64,000 bases of DNA from an uncultured Poribacteria bacterium (GTDB lineage Bacteria > Poribacteria > WGA-4E > WGA-3G). The notes beneath the pieces are model-generated. The model made no database searches, was not told where the DNA came from, and worked only from the letters and a program-made list of their open reading frames with translations. Position numbers and translations under genes: made by a program. Shown in pieces: positions 37,426 to 49,100 of the stretch (position 1 is the first letter of the stretch; every line of letters starts with the position of its first letter). The DNA lies in NCBI GenBank assembly GCA_951813565.1, contig OX638351.1, positions 5,056,001 through 5,120,000 of the forward strand. The letters are read 5' to 3'.

Positions 37426-38475
37426 TTAGCGAATTGCCACAATCTCCCCAGTCTTTACCGATTCCGCTTCCTTATAGCAGAGCAGGAGTGCATCTCTCGC
37501 ACCGACACCAGACAACGCTGTGGGTTCTTCCTCCCAATCAATGGCATCAACAGCGTATTGAATCTCAGCAGTGAATGCATCAATTGGGTCCACTTCCCCT
37601 AAATCTACCTGTTCAACGTTGCCATCCTCTGTAATGAGTGTCAATGGCACTGCCGTAGAAGGTTCGCCGGCAAGCGTAGAAAAATCAAACAATAGTGTGG
37701 CTTTTTCAAGAAAGAGCTCAAATCCGTGTGAAAAAGCTCTACCTTTTTGTGAAATTGCGCCTGATGAACAACTCACCGTGAGTTCCTTATCGTTGTAGAT
37801 ATATTGTGTTGTCAAAAAGTCCAAGAAATTACCGCCTGCCAATTTGCCTTGTGAAAACACTGCATCGGGAACACCACACAGCAGTTGAATAAAATGTGTG
37901 TCGTGGATATGTAAATCGATACCAGGACCGCCGCTCTTTTCAATGTCAGCAATGTCCCGCGACCAACTCGGTTTAGAGATAATCCGCTTAAAATGCGCGC
38001 CGAGAAGTTCGCCATATTCTCCACTTTCAACAAGTTTTTTGGCATAAGCATATTCAGCAAAGAAAGGCAGCACGTGTGCAACCATAAATTCCTTGTCTGT
38101 TTGTTCTGCGAGTTCAACGATTTCATTTGCATCGTCAATGTCAATAGAGATCGGTTTTTCAACAAGGGTATGTTTTCCTGCCTGAAGGGATGCAATGCTA
38201 ACGGATTTATGAAGATGTGTGGGTAAACATATATCAACAAGGTCAATCTCTTCATCGGCAAGTAGTGCGTCAATATCGCTATATTTTCGGATGTTAGAGA
38301 GGTCTTCCATACTGCCGCGGGGACCGAAATTACCTTGAATCCCTGTCCAATCACCATCAAGCTTTTTCGGATCACGCGTACAGATGGCGACTACTTCTGC
38401 GCCTGTCCCGCGTTGAATGCCGTAGTAGTGAATCATCCCCATAAATCCGATGCCGACAATTCCGATTTTTATCAT
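37426..38475 (-). CDS. Gfo/Idh/MocA oxidoreductase
   Basis: IGIVGIGFMG, DICLPTHLH, GKHTLVEKP, DLHIHD. Confidence 0.9.
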   Translation of the reverse strand: MIKIGIVGIGFMGMIHYYGIQRGTGAEVVAICTRDPKKLDGDWTGIQGNFGPRGSMEDLSNIRKYSDIDALLADEEIDLVDICLPTHLHKSVSIASLQAGKHTLVEKPISIDIDDANEIVELAEQTDKEFMVAHVLPFFAEYAYAKKLVESGEYGELLGAHFKRIISKPSWSRDIADIEKSGGPGIDLHIHDTHFIQLLCGVPDAVFSQGKLAGGNFLDFLTTQYIYNDKELTVSCSSGAISQKGRAFSHGFELFLEKATLLFDFSTLAGEPSTAVPLTLITEDGNVEQVDLGEVDPIDAFTAEIQYAVDAIDWEEEPTALSGVGARDALLLCYKEAESVKTGEIVAIR

Positions 38476-38563
38476 TTTTCTATCCTTATTTTACAGAAGA
38501 AGGCACAGATGCTTGACTTTTCAAGAACACCTGTGCCGAAAAAAATTTAATGAAAACCACCGA

Positions 38564-39352
38564 TTAATAGGCAATATTTCTTTGCTTAATATTGCCCCAT
38601 GTAGTCGCGGCTTTGTTTTTCGGTGTAACAGCAAGGAGACTACCGCCCATTGCCTCGTTGATTTCGTCTTCGCTGAGTGCGCGACTCCAAATCGCAGCAT
38701 CGTCAATTATACCGTTTTCGAACGTGTACTGAGGCCGGTCTTTGGAGCAACCAATCCGTAAGTCTTGGTCATTAGTGCCAGTAAATTTAATTGCTTGCGC
38801 ATCTTCAAGTGCCAGATCGCCATCAACGTAGACTTTCATAGCGCTACCGTCATAGGTTCCAACGACGTAGTGCCATGTTTTCTCCTTCAGTGAATGTGGT
38901 TGGTCTAATCTGGGACGGGCGTTACCTGTTCCCAAAAACATGTTGATATTCTTACCGTCACCGAAAGCGCCTATACCGTAAGAGGTATGCTCACCTCCGT
39001 TATGGCAATTTTTATCGAACCATTGTGAATCGTTATTCCACGCTTCCTGATATATCCAGGCTGCCATGGTAATTTCACCGCTAATTTTCAATTTTTCGTC
39101 AGCGGGGACATTCACACAATCCGCGCCTTCAGCAGTGATTTTGATCGCATCGCCGTTTTTGCCTTTGACAATTTCAGTGTTTGCTACGATGTTTGCATCA
39201 AGTCCGTTGCCGGAACTGTCAAGAATCGTTTTACCTTCAACATCGTCAAAAGTGAAGTAGACGACGAGATCATCTTCAAGTGCTGCCATGAGTGTGCTAA
39301 CTGTGATTAACATGAGTATGGTTAAGAGAGAAAACATTATTGAACGGACCAT
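38564..39352 (-). CDS. Secreted LamG-like protein with C-terminal TTWG.IK tail
   Basis: LVVYFTFD, ITMAAWI, WHYVVGTYDG, GIIDDAAIWSRALS, LAVTPKNKAATTWGNIK. Confidence 0.85.
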   Translation of the reverse strand: MVRSIMFSLLTILMLITVSTLMAALEDDLVVYFTFDDVEGKTILDSSGNGLDANIVANTEIVKGKNGDAIKITAEGADCVNVPADEKLKISGEITMAAWIYQEAWNNDSQWFDKNCHNGGEHTSYGIGAFGDGKNINMFLGTGNARPRLDQPHSLKEKTWHYVVGTYDGSAMKVYVDGDLALEDAQAIKFTGTNDQDLRIGCSKDRPQYTFENGIIDDAAIWSRALSEDEINEAMGGSLLAVTPKNKAATTWGNIKQRNIAY

Positions 39353-39428
39353 CAGAGTATTCCTCCTATGTAAGGTTACAATGGAACTTTATACTTTCCC
39401 ACTGCTGCAGCGGGAAGATACTCGTAAA

Positions 39429-39638
39429 ACTCAAGTTGCTACCTATTTACAAACGCTCTTGTCCGAGGGATTTGTAATCCCGCCAAATCATGCGGAATGC
39501 CAAAAGTGCATTCCACCAAGCGCATTTGACGTTGATTTGGATTTATAACAGATGACACCAGAATCAACGAAAAACCCTCGTTTTTTCAGTAAAAAACAGT
39601 ATTTTGCCACTCGGAATCTTGTCTGTAGCAACTTGAGT
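39429..39638. mobile_element. MITE family C relative with a nested insertion
   Basis: Perfect TIR ACTCAAGTTGCTAC / GTAGCAACTTGAGT; no clear TSD. Confidence 0.65.
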
Positions 39639-39684
39639 TAGTATATCAAAAGAGTATCTAAATTGCAACTCTTTTATGTGATTA

Positions 39685-39960
39685 GTGTGTGTAAAGTTTT
39701 TGGCAAAATAAACCCACTGTTATTGTGGGTATGTGTTTCTGTTCCCACTTAGGTGTTGTCTTATGCACTTTATTATTTGAAATATGCCATTCAGTCCCGT
39801 AGGGACGATATGTTTATAGAAAACGTTAACACCACCTTAATTGAGTTCCGTAGGAACGATATGTGCATAATTAACTCGGACGATAAAATACAACATATCG
39901 TCCCTACGGGACTAAAGAGAACAAAAGTTTGTGCCTCTGTGCCAAAAACTTTACACACCC
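39685..39960. mobile_element. MITE family D (276 bp) carrying three REP-like palindromes
   Basis: TIR G(G/T)GTGTGTAAAGTTTTTGGCA; 8-bp TSD TGTGATTA. Confidence 0.88.
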
Positions 39961-40189
39961 TGTGATTATATCAGAAGTATGTTCTGTTATAGTCAATTAT
40001 AAAATTAACGAGTTGTGCTAAATAACTTTTTGTAACATATTATTTCACATAAGCAGAACGTTTGTCCGTGTTTGCTACTGGTTGATATGCTCTTCAGTCC
40101 CGCCAAATGCCACAGGCGCATTTGGCGTTGATTCAGGCATTCATAGCGTTGATTTATGGAGTTTCGCTCCGCTCTACCCAACCTAGGGA

Positions 40190-43100
40190 CTAATCAACTG
40201 ATGCATCGCCAATTTTCAAATCTTCAAAAGGTTTTCCATCAGCATCAGTAATTCGTAGATAGAATCCCCAGCTTAGTTCCTTATTGCAGACCTTGACAAG
40301 TATGGTGTTTTTACCAGCCTTGAGCGTTACTGGAATAACGTTATCATCAATGACTGCCCATCCACCATTTGGTTTTGCAAACACTTCTTTACCATTCAAC
40401 CAAATTTTACCTTCATCATCACTACCAAATCGGAATTGCACCTCACGTTCATCAGGGGATATCACGTTTGCCCATGCGTAGGAAACACGCCAATTAATGT
40501 CCTTCCCTAAATCAACGAAACCATCGAAAGCGTCATCCGTAAATGTTTGCCAACTTATCTGCCCATCTGCGCCTTCATATTTGGCAGTTGGGTCAAATTG
40601 CGTAGTATCTTCGGAGATGTATTTGGTATTATATCCGATTTCTGCAGTATTGTCAAATGGTCCGAGAACAAGCCACGCATTTTCATGAACTATGCCGGTT
40701 TGCAGCATCTGTTCCATTGCCTTATCGGGCATGTTGTTTTTACTATAGTACTCAGCCAAGCCGAGGTTGACATTTAGGTGGAATGATGGTTTAGGCGGGG
40801 GCGCGTTTAGTAACTCTTCCGCCGTTTTAAATTTCAGATCGGTAAAAGGAGTCCCATCTTCGTCAGTAAGCCGCAAATAAAAACCCCAAGATTGCGTTGA
40901 ATTGCAAATCTTCATAAGGATAGTATTTTCTCCTTGCTTCAAGGTGACAGGAATCGTATAACGGTCAAATGATATTCCGCTGGTTCTATCATGCTTAAAC
41001 ACATGTTGACCGTTTAGCCAAATTGTTCCCTGGTCATCGCTATCAAATCGGAATGTAATGTCGCGTTTATCTGGAGAGATAACAATTGCCCATACATAGG
41101 CTGCCTGCCCATCCTTATCGCTGCCGAAATTGTAATGTCCATCCAATAATACATATTCAGATTCTTTCCAACTGATGAGTCCATCTTTTCCATAGTATTT
41201 TGCTGTTGTGTCAATTTGTGAAGTTTCTTCAGGGATATACGCATTTCTATGGCCTATTGAATCTACATTTTTAAACGGTCCAAGGGTTATCCAACGAGTT
41301 TCAGGCACAAAACCTGTTTTTGAAAAAAGGTAGCTTTCCACGTTCTCAGGCGTATCATTTTCACTGTAGAATTGCGCTAACGTACGGTAAGCGTGTGCAC
41401 GATTACTTGAACTTTCTGGTGGAATAGTTTTTATCAACCCATCCAGCATTTGGGCATAACGTTCTTTATCGTTTGCTTTCTTTCTTAAATCAGCGACTTT
41501 CTTCCAAAACTGCTCCGAGGAATAATCGGAAGTAATGATACTTAAAGCGTATTTGTAATTTCTTAACGCATCATCATAGCGTTCATTTGCAATACACGCA
41601 TGCCCAAGTGTCATGGGATAGTAATAACTCGTTCCCGTATAGCCTTGTAATGCACGTTTCGCGAATTTTAGCGCAATGTCCGGATAGAGACCTTTTTCAA
41701 GGAGTTCTTCAGCAAACCTACGTTGGTAATATGCACTCTGTTTGTTGACCGCTTTCTCTCGAATCTTCAACCACTTCGCGTATGCAAGTTCAGCTTTTTC
41801 CGATTCATCTGTTTTCTTGTAGAGATCGCCTAATAGTTCGTGCAGTTCAGCACTTCCTTCTCCTTTCGGAATCAGCTCTTCAAGGATAGCGATGCGTTTG
41901 TTTTCTTGCCCTTCATCAGTGTAAAGGTCGGCGATAGCGCGAATTGCTGAATTGTGGTTGCCTTGTGTCAGCGGTGCGTCTAATGCGCGACGATATACTG
42001 CTTGAGCTTCTGATGTCAGGTTCTGTTTTACAAATAATTTTGCTAACAGATCGTAGGACTGGTATGATTTTGGTTGAAGTTCAATCGCTTTTTCGTAAGA
42101 GGATGTCGCCTTTATCAAGTGCTCAGTCTTCAAACTTCCAAAAATTGGACGGGTGTAAGATTCAAGTTTAGCATTTCCAATGAGTTTCCCATCATTTTTA
42201 TGAGGTGAACTATCGGAAACGCGACCATCCGTTTCTGCGTCAAATTTCCAATAGCCGACTAATCCTGTTTCATCTCCATTCAACTGCTTGTTCATATCGG
42301 AACGAATTTGTTTTTCAGTACGCGCGATGTTCCAAATTCGCACTTCATCAATGAGCCCAGCAAAAGATGCGTGCTCAGATATTTCTTCTTCATGTGAACA
42401 ACCGATACGAAATGGCAGTGTGGTTTTACGTAGACTGTTCGCCTGTTTAAAGTCATTTCTTCCAACTTCAAAACCGTTGAGATATAACTTCATGATGTCA
42501 TTTTTAGCATCAATGGTTCCCGCAACATGGTACCATTTATTTTTTTCAATCGTATTTGGCGGAGACCAAATAAATTTTTGTGGATGTCCGCCCGGGGATG
42601 CATTAAAGAGAATTTTACCTTCATCAAACAACCAAAGTGTGAATTGACGATGCGAAATGTCCGGAATCCGTTTGTCACCTTTGAATAACACAGTCGTATA
42701 GGTGTTTAGAAAATCTGTGGGTTTGATCCATGCTGATACTGTCACTTGTTCCGTAATCTCATTCAAAGACTCGCTGCCGTTGATTTCGACGTAACTTCCG
42801 TTGCCATCTAAGCTAAGTGCTGTGTCTCCAACACTCTCAAAGACTGGACGGGTATAAGGTGAAAGCGTGGCATTTCCTATGAGTTTGCCATCATTTTTGT
42901 TAGGTGAACTATCAGAAACGCGTCCCTCCGTTTCTGTGTCAAATTTCCAATAGCCGACTAATCCCTGTTCATCCCCATTGAGTTGCTTGTTCATATCAGC
43001 GCGAATTTGTTGCTCAGTACGTGCAACGTTCCACACACATACTTCATCAATTTGCCCGACAAAAGCTGTATGTGCAGACACCTCTTCATGAGTCCATCCA

Positions 43101-46100
43101 ATACGAAGTGCGAGATTGCTTTGATATATTCTCTGTTCGCCCTTAAAATCTCTCTGATTAACCTGAATTCCATCAATAAAAAGTTTGATGATGTCGTTCT
43201 TTGTATCCACAACACCCGCAATGTGATGCCAAGTGTTGGGTTCAATAATACCTTTTGAAGAATAAATAGATGCGTCACTTTCGCCATCGGGCGATGCAGC
43301 AAATTGAATCGACCGATCATCTTTAAGATTTAGGAAAAAACTTCGTTTCTTGAAATTGGAATCCCACTCATCAGTTTTAGAAATAAAAGGTGAATATCCG
43401 TTTGGGAATTTTGTCGGTTTAATCCACGCTGATACTGTCACCTGATCCGTAATGTTGTTTAATGACTCGCTGTCACCGATTTCAACGAAACTCCCATTGC
43501 CGCCAAGCGTAAGCGCAGTGCCTTCAACCACTTCACCTGTCTTCCGTCTCTCAGACGCAGGCGGCAGATTTTGATAAAGGTCACCAAGTTTTTTGTGCCA
43601 CTGCGTTTTTTTGGGTTGCAGTGTGGAAAGTTTTACATATTGCCCAATCGCTTCTTTAGTTTTATTGGTGGCTTCATAACTTTCGGCAAGTTTCAAGATT
43701 AGCTTGGAATCGTTGGGGTTCTCCTCAACCTTCTTAAGCTGTTCCGGTATCCATTTTTCGTAAAGTTTTCCATCTTTAGCGATTTCACGGATTGCATTTT
43801 TTGCCTTATTTTGTGTGCTGTCAGATGTGGCTCTGCTTGCCATCTCCTGATATGCATCAATAGCTTCTTCGTAGCGCTTTGCCTCACGGTAGCTTTTCGC
43901 AAGCATTTCGCGCAAAGTATCTTGAATCGAACTACCGCTGTAACTGCTACTTGCATCAATCGCGGATTTAGTCAGTTCAATCGCTGGTTCGTACATTTTA
44001 TTCTCAATGCAGAAAGTTGCGACCGTGCCAAGAAACCACATATCAGTTCTTTTACTACTGGATGCAAGTGCCTTCTCAGCTCGTTTGAGCGTCTCTTTCA
44101 CCAATTCAGGTTGTTTGTTTTTTTCCAAAGCAGCCGCGGCATAATATAAATTGCGCAAATCATCAGATTTTGCTTTGCCAAGTGCTTTATACATTTCAGC
44201 AGCTTTTTGATAGTCCTTTGCATCCCAATATATTTTTGCCATCACTCTGAGTGCAACAGAATTTTCTTTATTTTCTTCAAGTTTACCCTCATAATGCGTC
44301 TTCAAATCATCAAGTTTAATTTGATCATTGAAAGCACTAATCAAAGTATCACGTGCGGTATCTACATCGTATCTCGCTGTAATACCTAACGAACTGTACG
44401 ACGAACTGTACCTGAGTGTTCTACTGTTTGTATTTGTATTCGCCTGTGTTTCATAGGTTTCTATTACTGAGTCCATTTCACCGAGTTCCACGTATACTTT
44501 GAGCAATTCAGCAGAAATTCTTTCTTTCTCATAAGAGCTGGTTGTCATGTCGCGTGCTCTCTTATAAGCATCAACAGATTTTTCTAATTCGCCGGCATTC
44601 AGAAAGTGTTCGGCACGGACTTTTTGCATCTCAAAAGTAAGTGTGCCTTCATCTTCAGCCTTTTGTAGCATCTCTTCTAAATTTCCCTGATAACGATAAA
44701 GGTTAATCAATTTCCGTTCGATATTTCGCCGATCATAATCTGATACCGTGTACTGAATGGCATCCCTGAATGCCTTTTCTGTCGCAGCTACGTCGTCATT
44801 AGAGAAGTAAAGTGCTGCCATATCGAGATGAATTTGTCTATCTCCAGGCGCTAATTCAATTGCTTTTTGATATGTGGTAAGAGCCTCATCCGGTTTATTT
44901 TCGTCGGCATAGAGTTTTGCAAGTCGTACGTAATGGACACCAATTTCCGGTTCAGCTTCAATGTATTTCTGTGCAAGTTCAAGTGCATCGTTGGGTTTAT
45001 CAGCATCTTGATAACTTTTGACAAGTCCATCCTGATACTTTGTATTCTCTGGGTCAGCTTCAAGCAGTTCAGTCCACGTCTGGGCAGCTTTTTCGTGTTG
45101 ATCCATGCTTGTATAGAGCTTTGCCAGTTGCGCTCGGGATTTAAAGTCTTCGGGTACCGTTTCAACGATTCGTTCATAAATTTCTATGGCTTTATCTTCT
45201 TCGTCACGCTGCACGAATTCTTCTGCCATCGCGCGCTGCATACCGATACTCATCTCTTGCGTTTTTTCGGCAAGTTCTTCTGTGGCATCAAGATCGCCGC
45301 GTTGCTGTTTTATCCGCATGAACCTATCTTGTGCATACTCACGGTTATACGATGATGCAGAAAGATCGTTGATAATTTCGGTAAAGATAGCCTCGGCATC
45401 ATCCCACATTTGGTGTTGCATGTATTTTGAGCCGAGTTGTCTTTTTTCATACACGCTTCTTGAACTATCTTGCATAGTTTGGATCGTGCCCATTTTACGG
45501 AATGCATTTTGCGCTTTTTCCAATTCATCTATCTTGGCATAAGCCTCTCCCAGTTTCTTGTAACATTCTTCGAGTTCCCATGAATTTTGACTTTCAAGTT
45601 TCTCTGCGGCAGCTTCAAGGAGACGGAATTGAAGTTCGTTCCCTTCACATGCGTTAGCAAGATTATAAAGCCACTGGGTGCTAACAGACGTGAGTGCATT
45701 CTCAATCAGATGATTGACGTGCAAACTTGCGCCTTCAATATCATCCGCCTTAAGTTTCATGGATGCCACAAGATATAGGAGTTTAGCGTCTGAAGGACTT
45801 TCGGCAAGTTTCGCTTCATATTCTGCAATAAAACTTTCTAATTCATCACTTTTCTCATCTTCTGATTCATCGTTTTTCTTATAGAGATTAGCGAGTCTTA
45901 ATACATAAGATACTTGGATGTCAGATATATCGTCAGTTTTGGATTGTTCGCGCAAGTATTGGATTGCCTTCTCACGTCCACCTGCTTTTTCATGAAATTC
46001 CGCAAGTTTCAATACAAACTGCGTTTGGGAAAGTGAGGTCTTACCAAGTTTTTGCTTTTCGGTTAAGTACTGAATCGCTTTTTCAGGGTCACCAGCAGCA

Positions 46101-49100
46101 ACATAAGCTGAGGCTAATTCCCGGTGGATATAGTCCCAGCTCGGGTGAACTTGAAGAATTTTTTCGAATATATCAACAGCATCTTGCGGTCTATCTTCGG
46201 TCAGACAACGTTGCGCAACTTCTTGGGTGAAATCGTTGCCGGCGTATTGTCCAACAGGCAGAATTATCTCTTTCGTGAGAGCAATAAGTTCATCCATTTT
46301 TCCTGCTTCAACAAATGCGTCTATGGCATTGCGATAATTGTATCCGAGAGCAGTTGAGTTATTTTTTAGAAGTATGGAATATTCAGGGACAGCATCCACT
46401 GCTTTCCCATTTCGCTCCAACATCTGGATGTGTCGGAGGCGGGTTGCACTGTCCTTCGGTTGTAATTTCAACGCTGCTTTGAACGCCTCTGAGGCTTTGT
46501 CAATCTTATTAGTGCCCTCATAGAACATTGCGAGTCTGATTTGCGCTTGGAATGACTCAGGATTCTTTTCGACCTCAGCGATAAAGTGGTTTTCACGGTC
46601 CTGCATACTTTGTGAACGACCAACAATATTTGTAGCCTGTTGAAAATTCCATGCGTACATCGTCCGTCCATAGCGATCAGGTTGGTTAGCAAAACGTAAT
46701 GCACGCTCCGCGAGTAACGCTGCATCCTGCCCTCTGCCGAGTTGTCTAAGATGTTGACTTAAATTCATCAGAAAATTCGGGCTGCGCTGTGTCATTGCTA
46801 ATGCCATCGCTTTTTTCGCAGCAGCAATCGCGTATTGTGTGAAACCAGCATCTTGAAGACTTTGTGAGAAATCATAAAGCTCTTGCGCACCAGTTGGTGA
46901 ATTCAGAATTTTTGCGATCAAGTCACGTATAGTGACTGCATCGCCTGTATGAACGGCAAGCTGCAGTAAAAGATCATAATACTGGCGACGGTTTCTTGGT
47001 TCTCTCTCAGCAAGATCCTCAAGCATAACCAATGCCTCCCTAAATTCCCCAGTCTGAATAGAGACAAAAGCGGTGTTGAGTTTCAGTGTAAGGTCATCTG
47101 GAAATTCCTTTTGCAAGGTAGAGAGAACCTCTTGTGCCAGATCGCGTTTGCCATCCCACCAATAGCAATAACTGAGTGCCAAACTCGGATAGATACGGTC
47201 CCGCCCCTCTGCCGCGTCTAATTCTTTTTGGAATTTTTTATATAACACTTCCTGTTGATCCCGCATCCAAAACTCACGAAAAATTGATCGGAGATAATTC
47301 AAACGTTCCTGATTGAAGTATGCTGTTGGGGTGGGAAAAGTAGACTGAACTCGTCTATAACTTCCGTAATAATAGTTTGCCAGGGAAAGTGCAGCAACAC
47401 GTCTGGGATTCGATGCGTTAGGTTTTGTTCGTTCACAAAAAGTCCAAAAAAGCGCAACCGTTTTGTTGAGTTCACCTTGATCTATGTAAGTATCTGTGAG
47501 TCTTTCAAAAAGGCGCCTATACTGCCCATGCTGCTTTTGCGGCGGGATAGGGAGATTAATAAGGATTTTCTCTGCGATATCTATCTTTTTAGTCACATGG
47601 AAAGCATCAACTAACTCATAACCTGTGCTGAAGTCAGTGACTTTTATATCCTCAATTTCACTCAATAGTTTTTTGGCATCTTCTTTTTTATCGTCACGAT
47701 AAAGCTCTTTGGCGTATTCACCGATATATCGGAGTCTTGCTTCGGGAACCAACCCAGGCATATCAGCAAGTGATTCTTTTAACGTTTCGTAACTGAGGTC
47801 CTCTTGTATTAATCGTTGCAATCGTAGCGGTTGGTATGCCAAGTCGTTGGGTGAGATTTCAATCAACTTGTCAATAACATTTTTAGCCTTGTCGTTGTTC
47901 TGAATCAAGGTATAGAATTGTGCTAAGGTTTCAAGTGTCTTGATGTTTGTAGGATTTGTCTCGGCATCAGTTTCAAAATGTTTGACGAGTTCAGGCAGTT
48001 TTCCCTGCTGCTGCGCAATTGTTGTTAATTGCACGAGAGCGCCAGCTTGTGCCTCTTCAAAAATTTTCGGCATCCACGGCATACTGGCACCCGCAAAAGT
48101 CGGTTTACTCTGAATCCGTCCGATACTTCCACGAGAAATCTCGAATTTATTTATTTCAATTCCAGGAATGGAAGAAGAAGCGAAAATCGTAGGTCTTGCA
48201 TCCTTCTGTTTTGACATATTTTGAGGGGGTTCAGGCATGTCGAGAATCTTGTGAAAATACGTGGTCGCGCGTTCTGATTCATTCATTCCGACCAACATAA
48301 CGCCAAGCCGGTAAAGGGGGATGTGCGCGTCAGTGCCTGTAATTTTTTCAGCTGCCCGGTCAAGCACCAAAAATGCTTCATCTGACAGTCCATGGCGTAG
48401 CAATAAAGCAGCGAGTTTCACATCCGCTTCAAGCGTCTGATTTTTCGCGTGTAGCAGTTTCGTCCATGCTTGAATTGCTTCCTGTTCACGTCCTGCATCA
48501 AACAACAATTCACCGAATTTTTGTTGATGAAAGCTTTCGGGGTGTGCCTTGACGAGACGTTGTTGATATGTGAGCGCATCCTGATTATCACCAAGATCAA
48601 GGCTAATTTCTACAAGTTTTGATAATAAATCCGGATTTTTGCGATCCTTATCTAACGCCCTTGCCAATTGAAAGCGCGCGTTCGGTAGGTCGCCATCCAT
48701 TCGGTAAAGTTCTGAAAGTGCTAAAACCGGTGCTACATCAGACGTGCTGGATTTAGATAATTGCTTCAATTTTTCCTCAAACTCTCCACGTCTACCGAGG
48801 TCATAATATGCTTCGGAAAGAGGTCCAACAAAAGCAAGTTTTTCACTCACGGTCCTGCTCAAATCCCAACACCGCCAATACTGTGCGAGTGCTTGCTGAA
48901 GTTTGCCTGAAAGTTTATAAATAGCTGCTAATTCAGCGCGTGTATCAATCGCTTCTGGTCGTAAACGAATTGCCTGTTTTAGACTGTCTATAGCCGTATC
49001 GTAGTTTCTGGATTGTTTAGCGATTTGTGCAAGCAGTTGATGTCCTTCAGGATTGCGAGGACTGTTTGCAATCACCTGTTTTGCCGCGGTTGTTGCCGCG